Numbered from the stretch's first letter, positions 38,646 to 48,413 are shown. The stretch: 64,000 nt of DNA from Terracidiphilus sp. (GCA_036502905.1 DASXXV010000079.1:9507-73506); one strand, 5' to 3'. Translations and numbers: made by a program. Notes: generated from the sequence alone by a model not told the origin.

Positions 38646-40109
38646 CTACGCTGCCACCATGAACCCGCGCTCGAGCAGCTTGCGGATGATGCCCAGACAC
38701 TCCGTCTGAACTGCCTCGACGGGCGCGTTGGCCTGGGCTGAAAACCCCTGGATGGCCTCCTCCGCGGTGCGGTTTCCATCGCACGTGACCAGGAATTCCG
38801 CCACCAGTGGCTGCACGTTCATATGGAACGGAAACCCGCTGACAAGGCGGAGGGTGAGAGCCTCGGCGCGCCATTCGCCCTGGTGCTGGGCGCACACCTG
38901 TTCCAGGCGCACGTTGGGCGCCATGCGCGGCTTTATCGCCAGCAGCTTCTCGTCGCTGTCGATCTGCTGCATCAGGGTATGGGCGGAAAATGTGGACACG
39001 ATCATGTCGCCGAGCTCGCCCTTGGGGGTGCTGGGCACTTCCTCGATCCGTACCCAGTTCCTGCCCTCGCGGCGGCGCATGACGATCAGTCCGTCGTGGA
39101 TGGCCTCCACGCCGCGGTGGCGATAGTAATCCATATACCCGGCGTAAGTAGCCGCGTCCTGAGATGGATCTTCCGATGTCTCCTTGATGCGCTGCTGGGC
39201 GTATTCCTCGGGGTCCTGCGTGAGCCCCTTCATCACCCATGCATCGCAGCCGGTGTCCTGCAGCCATTCGGCCACGCGTTCCTCCCAGGGCTGACCCTTG
39301 ATCTGCGCCCACTCGCACAGCATCTGCATGTAGCCTCCCTCGTTAAGGTGGTCGTGGGCTTCTTTCACCAGGCGCCGGCACAGGCTGTCGAGTTCCATGG
39401 GGTTTTCGCAAAACAGGTAGTCGCCCTGGGGGGTGATGAAGAACGGCGGATTGGAAAGGATGAGGTCGAAGCGTCGGCCGCTTACTGGCGCAAAGCAATC
39501 CCCGGCGAGCGCTTCGATGTTCTCGATACCATTCAGCCGCGCATTGAAGAGGGCGCAATCGACAGCACGCTGGTTCAGGTCTGTGGCCACGACGGCATCG
39601 CTGAACCGGGAGGCGCCCAGGCTCAGGATTCCGCTTCCCGTTCCCAGGTCGAGCGTAGCGCGGGAGTGCTGCCGCACCGCAAAACGGGCCAGGAATTTGC
39701 TGGTAGGGTTGGGCCAAAGAACCATCTCCACCTGCTTGCGGTCGATGGCCGATGCATGGTCCGATGCCACCAGAAATCCGTCGGTGTGGAGCAGCATGGC
39801 GCGGGGCTGGAGATCGTCCCCGTTTTGCCTCAACAGTCCTGACTGCAGCAGGAGGGAGAGAATGTCTCCGGGAATGAGATCTGTCACCCGCTTGCGGCTC
39901 AGGGGAAGCCCCAGCCAGAACCAGCGCAGCAGAGCGTTGATGGTGAGGGTCGCGGCAGTGCGGTCGAGCAGCCGGGCATGGTTGCGCAGGAAACGCGACG
40001 GCAACTCGGCGGCGCCCAGATGTTTGCGCAAATTGGTTTCGTTATAGCCGGCGTCCTCGAACCACGCGCGAAGGCGGTGGGATTCTTCAGCGGAAAGCAG
40101 GTTGAGCAT
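38646..40109 (-). CDS. Class I SAM-dependent N-methyltransferase (NPPF motif) with C-terminal PqqD-like winged-helix domain
   Basis: LDLGTGSG motif I, VATDLN, FDLILSNPPF motif IV; C-terminus …FLVTCDGNRT…IIRKLLERGFM. Confidence 0.8.
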   Translation of the reverse strand: MLNLLSAEESHRLRAWFEDAGYNETNLRKHLGAAELPSRFLRNHARLLDRTAATLTINALLRWFWLGLPLSRKRVTDLIPGDILSLLLQSGLLRQNGDDLQPRAMLLHTDGFLVASDHASAIDRKQVEMVLWPNPTSKFLARFAVRQHSRATLDLGTGSGILSLGASRFSDAVVATDLNQRAVDCALFNARLNGIENIEALAGDCFAPVSGRRFDLILSNPPFFITPQGDYLFCENPMELDSLCRRLVKEAHDHLNEGGYMQMLCEWAQIKGQPWEERVAEWLQDTGCDAWVMKGLTQDPEEYAQQRIKETSEDPSQDAATYAGYMDYYRHRGVEAIHDGLIVMRRREGRNWVRIEEVPSTPKGELGDMIVSTFSAHTLMQQIDSDEKLLAIKPRMAPNVRLEQVCAQHQGEWRAEALTLRLVSGFPFHMNVQPLVAEFLVTCDGNRTAEEAIQGFSAQANAPVEAVQTECLGIIRKLLERGFMVAA

Positions 40110-40125
40110 CAGGAGACAACGATAG

Positions 40126-40160
40126 CAGGTGTCAGGTTTCAGGAATCAGGGTTCAGGTGC
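40126..40160. repeat. Heptamer tandem repeat CAGGNNN x5
   Basis: CAGGTGT CAGGTTT CAGGAAT CAGGGTT CAGGTGC; complement CTGACACCTG at 40240-40249. Confidence 0.75.
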
Positions 40161-40311
40161 CTCGGAGATCTTTGCGGACCGCGACTCACAGCGTGCCTGC
40201 GGCTGATTTCCGATTCTCCGCAAATGTCACGCGCCAAGACTGACACCTGGAAGCAGAACCTGCCACGTCACGCAAGTTTGCTTTTGCCAAAGTTCGTGAA
40301 TGCTAATTATC

Positions 40312-40340
40312 TTGACCCCGAACGGGGCCTGTGTTATCAA
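40312..40340 (+). promoter_or_regulatory. Putative sigma70-like promoter of the main T6SS operon
   Basis: TTGACC-17 nt-TATCAA with an extended TG, preceded by AT-rich sequence, about 225 nt upstream of tssB. Confidence 0.4.
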
Positions 40341-40564
40341 CAGAAACGCACGGAAATGCGGGTCACAGATGTGGCTGGACGTTTCGGCGGATGCCGAGAC
40401 GCCGAAGTGTTTTGTGCGTCGGCCCATTATTCTCCAGGGGTTCCTCACATCTCGACAAGATAGTCTCGGCAGAGCGCAAGTCTCACCGGGGCGGTGACAG
40501 CGTAAGTCGGATTCTCGACGAAACGCCCGGCCGCCTCTGAACACAATCGTCTGAGGATTTCATC

Positions 40565-41083
40565 ATGGCTAAACAGAGTGCGCAGCATAAACTTGACCGG
40601 GTGCGTCCTCCCCGGGTGCAGATTACCTATGACGTCGAAGTCGGTGGCGCCATCGAGATCAAGGAATTGCCGTTCGTCGTGGGCGTGCTGGGAGACTTCA
40701 CCGGCAATCCGGAGCAGCCCCTGCCCAAGCTCAAGGAACGCAAGTTCGTCGAAGTAAATCCCGACAATTTTGACACCGTTCTGGAAGGCATGAAACCGCA
40801 CCTTTCCTTCTCGGTTGAAAACAAGTTGAGCGACGATCCCAACGCCGCGAATCTGAAGGTCGATTTAAAATTTCGCAAATTTGACGATTTTGAGCCGGCA
40901 AATGTCGCTAAACAGGTTAAGCCCCTGAAGGAGCTTCTGGACCTGCGCACGCGCCTGTCAGATTTGCGCGGTTCGCTGCAGGGCAACGACAAGCTCGAAG
41001 AGCTCCTGCTCGAGGCGGTGGGCAACACCGAAAAGCTGGACAAGTTGAAGGGCGAGATCGGCCCAGGAGGGTCCAATGCCTGA
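40565..41083 (+). CDS. tssB: T6SS contractile sheath small subunit
   Basis: RVRPPRVQITYDVE…ELPFVVGVLGDF, DDFEP…V..LKELLDLR. Confidence 0.97.
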   Translation: MAKQSAQHKLDRVRPPRVQITYDVEVGGAIEIKELPFVVGVLGDFTGNPEQPLPKLKERKFVEVNPDNFDTVLEGMKPHLSFSVENKLSDDPNAANLKVDLKFRKFDDFEPANVAKQVKPLKELLDLRTRLSDLRGSLQGNDKLEELLLEAVGNTEKLDKLKGEIGPGGSNA

Positions 41084-42554
41084 AGCAGTAGCAAACGCAG
41101 CGGCAGCAGCGGGAGTGGTTGAAACCCAGGAATCGAGCCTGCTCGATCAGATTGTCGAACAGGGCCGGTTTGGCGAAGCCAAGGAGCGCGGCAAGGACCT
41201 AGTCAAGGAGTTCGTTGCCCAGGTGCTCGAAGGCTCCATGACCATCGCCAAGGACGCCGAGATGATGATCAACGCGCGCATCGCGCAGATTGATCATCTG
41301 CTCTCCATCCAGTTAAACGAGATCCTGCACCACGCGGCGTTCCAGAAGCTGGAAGGTTCATGGCGCGGTCTCAAGTACCTGATGGATAACAGCGAGACGG
41401 GCGTGGGCCTGAAGATTCGCGTGTTGAACGTCACCAAGAAGGAATTGCTTCGCGACATCGAGAAGGCGCCGGAATTCGACCAGAGCGCGCTCTTCAAGAA
41501 GATCTACGAAGAAGAGTACGGCGTTTTCGGCGGCGCTCCTTTCGGCGCGCTGATCGGCGACTACGAATTCGGCAAGCATCCTGAAGACATGGCGCTGCTG
41601 GAAGGCGTGTCGCACGTGGCCGCCCAGGCGCATGCTCCATTCCTCAGCGCTGCCGCTTCCGACCTCTTCAACCTGGAGAGCTATACGTCGCTCGATGCTC
41701 CGCGCGATCTGGCCAAGATCTTTGACTCGACCGAATATGCGAAGTGGAAGTCGTTCCGGCAGAGCGAAGATTCGCGCTACGTGGGACTCACTTTACCCCG
41801 CACCCTCGCGCGCCTGCCTTATGGCGCCGACACCAAGCCCATCGACGAGTTCCGTTACGAAGAGCATGTCGACGGCACCGATCACAGCAAGTACCTGTGG
41901 ATGAACGCGGCCTACGCTCTGGGAAGCAAGATGACGCAATCCTACGCGCTATATGGCATGTGCGTAGCCATGCGCGGCGTGGAAGGCGGCGGGCTGGTGG
42001 AGGGTCTTCCGACTCACACCTTCGCGACCGATGAAGGCGACCAGGCGTTGAAGTGCCCGACCGAAGTGCCGATTACCGACCGCCGCGAAAAGGAACTCGC
42101 CGATCTGGGCTTCATTCCCCTGGTGCACTGCAAGGGCACGGATTACGCCGCGTTCTTCAGCGTGCAGAGCGCGCAGAAGGCGAAGACCTACGATGCCGAT
42201 GCGGCCAACGCCAATGCGCGGCTGTCCACGCAGCTTCCGTACATCATGGCGGTTTCCCGTTTCGCCCATTATCTGAAAGCCATGATGCGCGACAAGATCG
42301 GCAGCTTCATGTCGCGTGAAGAAGCGGAGAGATTCCTTAATCGCTGGATCACAAAGTATGTCACTCCCGACGATTCGGCATCCCCGGCAACCAAGGCAGA
42401 GCGGCCTCTGCGGGAAGCGCGCATCGACGTGAGCGAGGTTCCAGGAAAGCCGGGCGTCTATCGCGCGGTGGCTTTTCTTCGTCCTCACTTCCAGCTCGAC
42501 GAGCTTACGGTTTCACTTCGGTTGGTGGCAGAGTTGCCTGCGCCAGCGAAGTAA
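41076..42554 (+). CDS. tssC: T6SS contractile sheath large subunit
   Basis: FQKLEGSWRGL, FDQSALFKKIYEEEYG, KCPTEV.ITDRREKEL, SRFAHYLK, LRPHFQL. Confidence 0.97.
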   Translation: MPEAVANAAAAAGVVETQESSLLDQIVEQGRFGEAKERGKDLVKEFVAQVLEGSMTIAKDAEMMINARIAQIDHLLSIQLNEILHHAAFQKLEGSWRGLKYLMDNSETGVGLKIRVLNVTKKELLRDIEKAPEFDQSALFKKIYEEEYGVFGGAPFGALIGDYEFGKHPEDMALLEGVSHVAAQAHAPFLSAAASDLFNLESYTSLDAPRDLAKIFDSTEYAKWKSFRQSEDSRYVGLTLPRTLARLPYGADTKPIDEFRYEEHVDGTDHSKYLWMNAAYALGSKMTQSYALYGMCVAMRGVEGGGLVEGLPTHTFATDEGDQALKCPTEVPITDRREKELADLGFIPLVHCKGTDYAAFFSVQSAQKAKTYDADAANANARLSTQLPYIMAVSRFAHYLKAMMRDKIGSFMSREEAERFLNRWITKYVTPDDSASPATKAERPLREARIDVSEVPGKPGVYRAVAFLRPHFQLDELTVSLRLVAELPAPAK

Positions 42555-42986
42555 GGCGCAATCGTTGGATATCGCGCTGGGTGCGGGACACTGGGGGTCC
42601 GCACCCGCTGCGATCATCCGGCACCCGTCTACATGAGGTTGGGCCTGGGGCCTGAATTCTGTAATTTTTTTGCGGCGAGATGAGACTTTTCGCCGGCATA
42701 TAGCGCTGTAATAAGTGAATCTCTCTTTCCGGATTCTGGCCAGTCAGCGTAGTCATTTCGGGGTTTCCAGGCAATCCGAAATTCCCCGCGGTGGCGGCTT
42801 TTGGAATAGAGGGCTTTCGACCGGGGTTTCGACCTGTTCCAAAAGTCGGTCCCATACATAAGAGCGGCGCTATTGGCCTTTTGAGGCAGGCGTCAAGAAG
42901 TCTCCGATTCACAACTCTGGGCGGCAGCCTGCTGCCGTTCTCACCCGCACGTAGTATCGAACGGAACTCTCCAAGGAGAATTTGCA

Positions 42987-43466
42987 ATGGCAGTCAATGC
43001 ATACCTGATCATCGATGGCCGCCCCGGGCCGAGCACGAGCAAATCGGGCGCTATCGATATTCTCTCGTTCAGCTTCGGCGCCAGCCAGACCGCGGTCATC
43101 GGCGTTGGCTCGTCGGGCGGCGAAGCCCGCGCCGGACGCGCCAATCTTGCCGACGTTTCCATCATGAAGGTGGTGGACAAGGTCTCGCCCCTCCTCTTCG
43201 ATGATTGCGTTACCGGCAATTATCTGAAGAAGGTGGACATTATCTACGACAAGCCCATGGGCGACAACCAGGAAGAGTATTACAAGATTCACCTGGAAGA
43301 CGCGCTGATCACGTCTATCCAGCATTCCGGTTCCAATGAGAATCCGATGGAGTCGGTGACCTTCGCGTACAGCAAGATCAAGGTGAGCTACAACCCGGAA
43401 GAAGCCGGCGCACTGAAAGGCTTTATCGACAAGGGTTTTGACGTACTGAAGATCAAGCCGTGGTAA
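42987..43466 (+). CDS. hcp: T6SS tube protein Hcp
   Basis: IDILSFSFG, K.VDKVSP.L, EYYKIHLEDALITS, ESVTFAYSKIKVSY; AAGGAG RBS. Confidence 0.95.
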   Translation: MAVNAYLIIDGRPGPSTSKSGAIDILSFSFGASQTAVIGVGSSGGEARAGRANLADVSIMKVVDKVSPLLFDDCVTGNYLKKVDIIYDKPMGDNQEEYYKIHLEDALITSIQHSGSNENPMESVTFAYSKIKVSYNPEEAGALKGFIDKGFDVLKIKPW

Positions 43467-43489
43467 CCGACCAGGCAAGCAGGCAAACG

Positions 43490-44215
43490 GTGCCATCGAA
43501 TCCGAGAGAACTGTTCAAAGCAGGAAAGGTGCGCGAAGCCTGTCAGGTGCTCACGGCTCATCTCCGTGAGCACCCCAACGACACGGCCTCGCGCACATTC
43601 CTGTTCGAGCTTTTGTGTTTTTCCGGCGAGTTTACGCGGGCGGAGAAGCAACTGGCGGTGTTGGCCAGCGGCAGCCAGGATCGGGAAACGGGCGCCATTG
43701 TCTACTACGCGGCGTTGCACGCCGAGCGTACGCGCCACGAGCTGTTTGAGAAAGAGGAGTTTCCCGCCGATACCCCCGCATGCCCACCGGGGGAATTGAA
43801 CGGGAAGCCCTTCACCGATTTGCGCGACGCCGATCCCGATATCGGTGCGCGGCTGGAGGTTTTTGCCGCGGGATCCTACGTGTGGCTGCCGTTCGAGCAT
43901 GTCCAGAGCGTAGACATGGGGCCCCCGCAACGCTTGCGCGATATGATTTGGGCGCCGGCACTGGTGCAGGCGGCTCCGTCGTTTCGCGGCATGGATCTGG
44001 GAGAAGTATTGATCCCGGCCATTTACCCCTTCTCCTGGAAACAGGAGGATGAAGACGTGTGGCTGGGTCGAAAGACCGAATGGTTGGCGGATGATGCCGG
44101 CCGGGAATCCCCTACCGGTCAAAAAACATTGCTCGTGGACGGGGAGGAGTTTCCTTTCCTCGAAGTCCGTTCGTTGAAGTTCTTCCACCCTGCGCCTACA
44201 CCCACTGAGCAATGA
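43490..44215 (+). CDS. tagJ: T6SS accessory protein TagJ/ImpE
   Basis: LFELLCFSGEFTRAEKQL, DAD…GARLEV…G.YVWLPF, LRDMIWAP, LGRKTEW, GQKTL; GTG start inferred. Confidence 0.9.
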   Translation: MPSNPRELFKAGKVREACQVLTAHLREHPNDTASRTFLFELLCFSGEFTRAEKQLAVLASGSQDRETGAIVYYAALHAERTRHELFEKEEFPADTPACPPGELNGKPFTDLRDADPDIGARLEVFAAGSYVWLPFEHVQSVDMGPPQRLRDMIWAPALVQAAPSFRGMDLGEVLIPAIYPFSWKQEDEDVWLGRKTEWLADDAGRESPTGQKTLLVDGEEFPFLEVRSLKFFHPAPTPTEQ

Positions 44216-44245
44216 AGAAGAGTACAAACACAGGGGCCGCTCAAT

Positions 44246-46075
44246 ATGCCACTTCGCGAAGACATCCTTGCCCCCATTCCTGGTGAAAATCCCGGCGGCG
44301 CGGATCTGCGCTACGACACCAAGCTGCTGGTCATTGACAAACTCAAGGAATTTCGCCGCCAGGATGACCCCGGCGATAAGGGAGTCTGGCAGAGCGAGCT
44401 TAAAACCGCGAACTGGCCGCAGGCCATCAAGCTGGCCCAGGACACGCTCGCCACCACCTCCAAGAACCTGCAGGTAGCGGCCTATCTCACCGAGGCTCTG
44501 TTGCAGACCGAGAAGTTCGCGGGCCTGCGGCAGGGCCTTGATCTTGTGTACCGGCTGCTGACGGATTACTGGGACACGGTGTATCCCGTCATCGACCCCC
44601 AAGATCCGGAGACGCGCGAGGATCGCGCCACGCCGCTGGCGTGGATCAACACCCAGCTCGAGTTTCCGGTCCGTTCCACTCCGATCAACAACGCCGGCCA
44701 CTCCACCATCAATTACAAGGATTCGCGCCTCGTCGGCTACGAAGACCAGGTGAAGACCGACAAGGATCGCAAGACCCGCAGCACCATGATCGAAAACGGC
44801 AAAATGCCGCCTGAGGTCTTCGACAAGGCATTCAACGAAACCCCCAAAGCGTTTTACGCGCAGGCGGAAAAGGACCTGGATTCCTGCCTCGAGCTGGTTG
44901 CAAAGCTCGATGCCCTGTGCGACGAAAAGCTGGAAAACGATTCTCCGGGATTCGGCAAACTCAAGACCTCCCTGACCGAAGCGCGGCAGGTGGTGCACCA
45001 GCTACTCGACAGGAAGCGTGAAAAGGAGCCGGACCCGGTGGAAGCGCCGCCCGTGGAAGAGGCGGCGGCGGTAACGGAAGGCGCGAGTGCCGAAGTCGGC
45101 GAAGAACTCGCCCCCGGGGCAGCGGTCAGCGTCGGAATTTCCATCGTCGGCGAGCCGGCGGATCGCCGCCAGGCTGTGGGTGGAATCATCGCGGCGGCTG
45201 CATTCCTGCGCAAGCGCGAACCGCTCAGCCCCGCACCGTACTTGCTGCTGCGCGCGCTGCGCTGGGGCGAACTGAGAAGCGCTGCCCGCCTGGCGGACAG
45301 CCCTCTGCTCGAAGCACCGCCGACGGAGTTGCGGCAACAAATCAAGCGCCTCGCTCTGGGCAAACGCTGGGCCGAACTGCTGGATGCCGGCGAACAGGCC
45401 ATGGCGCACCCGGGCAGTCGCGCATGGCTCGATCTGCAGCGCCTCTCCGTGGCGGCCTGCCACGCGCTGGGGGCGGAATACGACGCGATCGCAACCGCCA
45501 TCCAGTCGGAACTACGCGCGTTGCTGAACGATTTGCCGGAACTGCTGGACACAACTTTGCTGGACGATACGCCGGCCGCCAACCCGGAAACGAAGGCGTG
45601 GCTGCAAAGCCTGAACTCGAGCCCGCAGTCCGCCTCGGCCGAGGAGACCGAACCAGCCGCGGAAGTGCCCGCCCACCTGAACGGCGCGCCCAGGTGGCTG
45701 GCGCCCGCGGTGGATGCGTACGCGCTGGCGCAGGAGGCGCTCAAGTCGGACAATCAAGGTAAAGCTTTCGGGATCATGCGCGCCGAGATCAGCCGGCAGC
45801 GTTCCGGACGGCGCCGCTTCCGCCGCATGATGCAAATGGTGGAGTTGGCCATCGAGGCCAAGCAGGACGGAATCGCACAGCCGCTGCTGGAAGACATCGC
45901 CGCCATCATCGAAAACCACAAGCTCGACGCATGGGAAGATCCCGAACGGATCGCCAGCGACCTCATTATTCTTCTGCGCTACAGCAAAAGGATCCAGGGG
46001 AGTTCGTCGGAAAAACAAAAGCTGTTTGAGCGCATCTGCCGCCTGGACCCGGCGCAGGCGCTGGGCGTGGGGTAA
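44246..46075 (+). CDS. tssA: T6SS protein TssA (ImpA N-terminal domain plus VasJ-like region)
   Basis: LAPIPGENPGGADLRY, SKNLQVAAYLTEAL, YWDTVYP, EPLSPAPYLLLRALRWG, WLDLQ. Confidence 0.9.
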   Translation: MPLREDILAPIPGENPGGADLRYDTKLLVIDKLKEFRRQDDPGDKGVWQSELKTANWPQAIKLAQDTLATTSKNLQVAAYLTEALLQTEKFAGLRQGLDLVYRLLTDYWDTVYPVIDPQDPETREDRATPLAWINTQLEFPVRSTPINNAGHSTINYKDSRLVGYEDQVKTDKDRKTRSTMIENGKMPPEVFDKAFNETPKAFYAQAEKDLDSCLELVAKLDALCDEKLENDSPGFGKLKTSLTEARQVVHQLLDRKREKEPDPVEAPPVEEAAAVTEGASAEVGEELAPGAAVSVGISIVGEPADRRQAVGGIIAAAAFLRKREPLSPAPYLLLRALRWGELRSAARLADSPLLEAPPTELRQQIKRLALGKRWAELLDAGEQAMAHPGSRAWLDLQRLSVAACHALGAEYDAIATAIQSELRALLNDLPELLDTTLLDDTPAANPETKAWLQSLNSSPQSASAEETEPAAEVPAHLNGAPRWLAPAVDAYALAQEALKSDNQGKAFGIMRAEISRQRSGRRRFRRMMQMVELAIEAKQDGIAQPLLEDIAAIIENHKLDAWEDPERIASDLIILLRYSKRIQGSSSEKQKLFERICRLDPAQALGVG

Positions 46076-46078
46076 ATC

Positions 46079-46579
46079 ATGGCGCGAGGTCAGGGCGAAA
46101 CCACCATCACCATCTCCGCGCTGGACCGGCTCATGGATCTGGAGCCGGAAAATCACCTGGAGAATCCCCTCAGCCGGGCACAGTCGTTGAAGCTGCTGAA
46201 GAGAGCCGTGCGCCGCGATCTCGAATGGCTGCTGAACTCGCGCCGCATCGCCGAAGTGCCCGACGAAGGACTCAAGGAACTGAACAGGTCGGTATACATG
46301 TATGGACTGCCCGACCTTTCGGCGATCAGCATGGGATCGGTGGCGGACCGCAACAAGCTGGTGCGCCAGGTGCTGGGCGCCATCACCATGTTCGAGCCTC
46401 GGCTCACGAACGTGCGCCTGGTGCTGGTGGAAACCCCGGATGCCGGCAAGAAGGACGTACGCCTGCGCATTGATGCCATGCTGCGGGTCGATCCAGTGCC
46501 CGAGCCGATTTCCTTTGACACCGTCATTGAGCTGAAGAGCGGCAATTGCCATCTGGCCGGAGGCGACGATGCGCGATGA
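46079..46579 (+). CDS. tssE: T6SS baseplate subunit TssE (gp25-like)
   Basis: SALDRL, VRRDLEWLLNSR, YGLPD, FEPRL. Confidence 0.95.
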   Translation: MARGQGETTITISALDRLMDLEPENHLENPLSRAQSLKLLKRAVRRDLEWLLNSRRIAEVPDEGLKELNRSVYMYGLPDLSAISMGSVADRNKLVRQVLGAITMFEPRLTNVRLVLVETPDAGKKDVRLRIDAMLRVDPVPEPISFDTVIELKSGNCHLAGGDDAR

Positions 46580-48413
46580 ACTGCTCCTTTATTACGAGCG
46601 CGAGCTCGACTACCTGCGCAAGTCGGCGGCGCAGTTTGCCGAAAAACATCCCAAGGTAGCTTCGCGCCTCGTCCTCGAGCCAACCAAGTGCGAGGACCCT
46701 CATGTCGAGCGGCTGCTGGAGGCATTCGCGTTTCTCGCTGCGCGCGTTCACCTCAAACTGGAGGACGAATTCCCGGAGATCACCGAGGCCCTGCTGAGCG
46801 TGGTGTATCCGCAACTGGTGCGGCCCATTCCTTCGATGTCCGTGGTTGAGTTCCAGCTCGACTCGGAAAAAGGCAAACTCGCCAGCGGACTCAAGATCGA
46901 GCGAAACTCGCAGCTCCTTTCCAAGCCCATCAGTGGAGTTCCGTGCACGTTCCGCACCTGCTACGACACCACTCTCTGGCCAATTTCGGTGGCCGCCGCG
47001 GCGCTCAGCCCGCCCAGCCGCCTGAATCCGCCGGTACGGGCAAGCGATTCAGAATGGGCCATCCGGCTGGAGCTGCGCTGCGCCAAGGACGTCACCTTCG
47101 TATCCTTGAAGCCCGATAAACTGCGCTTCTATCTGGACGGCGAAAGCGGGCTGGTAAACATCATTTACGAGCTGCTTTTCAGCCGTCTCAACCGAATCCA
47201 GATTCGCGACCTGACACCGGGCTCGAGGCTGGGTTCGCTGACTCTGCCCGCATCGGCGCTGAATGCAGTCGGATTCGGCCCCAACGAAGGTATGGTGCCG
47301 TACCCTTCTTCATCTTTCGCGGGCCACCGCCTGCTGATGGAGTATTTCTCCTTCCCCGAGAAGTTCTTCTTTGTTGACCTGTGCGGGCTGGAGGCCGCGT
47401 CGCAGGCGGGATTCAAAGACGCCATCGAAGTTATCTTTCTGTTGTCCCAAATCGAAGGCAGCGGACGGCAGCAGCGCCTGGAACTCGAGCTCTCAAAAAA
47501 GACATTCCGGCTGGGATGCACGCCTATCGTGAACCTTTTCACGCAAGTCGCCGAACCCATCCAGCTGAATCAGCGCAAGGCCGAGTACCCGCTGGTTCCC
47601 GACGTTCGCCGGCCGTTCTCGGTCGAGGTGTTCTCGGTGAACGAAGTAGCGGGCATCAACTCCGCCAATCAGAAGATCACCACTTACGAACCGTTCTACT
47701 CTCTGCGCCATTCATCGCGTCGCGACGACCGCTCGTGCTTCTGGCTGGCGCGACGCCGGCCTTCGACGCGGCCCAATGACGAGGGCACCGATATTTCGAT
47801 GTCCCTGCTGGACCTGAACCTTACCAATGCCGATCCCGATGCCACCGTCCTCTCGGTGAAGACCACGTGCACCAACCGCGATCTTCCCGCGCGCCTGCCG
47901 TTCGGCAATCAGGACAGCGACTTTGACCTGGAGGGCGGGGCGGCTCCCATGCGCCGCATCGTCGCTCTACGCAAGCCTACGGGACCGATACGCCCGCCCA
48001 TGGGCAAAAGCGTGCTGTGGCGGCTGGTGTCGCACTTGTCGCTCAATTACCTCTCCCTGGTGCAGGAGGGAAAAGACGCGCTACAGGAAATCCTGCGCCT
48101 TTACGACGTGGGCCGCACGGCCTACTCGCAAAACGTGATCCAGAGCATCGCGAATGTCAGCAGCCGGCCGCACTTTGCGCGCCTGGTCTCTGAGCAGGGC
48201 GTCAGCTTTGCGCGCGGTTTGCGCATCGAGATGGAAATCGATGAAGAACAGTTTACCGGCGGCGGAGCGTTTTTGTTTTGCGCCGTGCTGGAGCGGTTCT
48301 TCGGGCTGGCCGCTTCGCTGAACAGCTTTACCCAGTTGAGCGTCACCACTCCACAAAGAAGGGAGGGATTCCACGAATGGCCACCAAGATCGGGACGTCG
48401 CCTTCTGGTCTGA
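46569..48413 (+). CDS. tssF: T6SS baseplate subunit TssF
   Basis: YYERELDYLR…FAEKHPKVA, DPHVERLLEAFAFL, LLMEYFSFPEKF, WRLVSHLSLNYLSL, SLNSFTQL. Confidence 0.96.
   Translation: MRDELLLYYERELDYLRKSAAQFAEKHPKVASRLVLEPTKCEDPHVERLLEAFAFLAARVHLKLEDEFPEITEALLSVVYPQLVRPIPSMSVVEFQLDSEKGKLASGLKIERNSQLLSKPISGVPCTFRTCYDTTLWPISVAAAALSPPSRLNPPVRASDSEWAIRLELRCAKDVTFVSLKPDKLRFYLDGESGLVNIIYELLFSRLNRIQIRDLTPGSRLGSLTLPASALNAVGFGPNEGMVPYPSSSFAGHRLLMEYFSFPEKFFFVDLCGLEAASQAGFKDAIEVIFLLSQIEGSGRQQRLELELSKKTFRLGCTPIVNLFTQVAEPIQLNQRKAEYPLVPDVRRPFSVEVFSVNEVAGINSANQKITTYEPFYSLRHSSRRDDRSCFWLARRRPSTRPNDEGTDISMSLLDLNLTNADPDATVLSVKTTCTNRDLPARLPFGNQDSDFDLEGGAAPMRRIVALRKPTGPIRPPMGKSVLWRLVSHLSLNYLSLVQEGKDALQEILRLYDVGRTAYSQNVIQSIANVSSRPHFARLVSEQGVSFARGLRIEMEIDEEQFTGGGAFLFCAVLERFFGLAASLNSFTQLSVTTPQRREGFHEWPPRSGRRLLV

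Noticed and set aside
40227-40544. Small ORFs or a sigma54 promoter in the methyltransferase-tssB spacer
   Set aside because: The ORFs lack RBS and coding character; the TGGCA…TTGC spacing does not fit GG-N10-GC.
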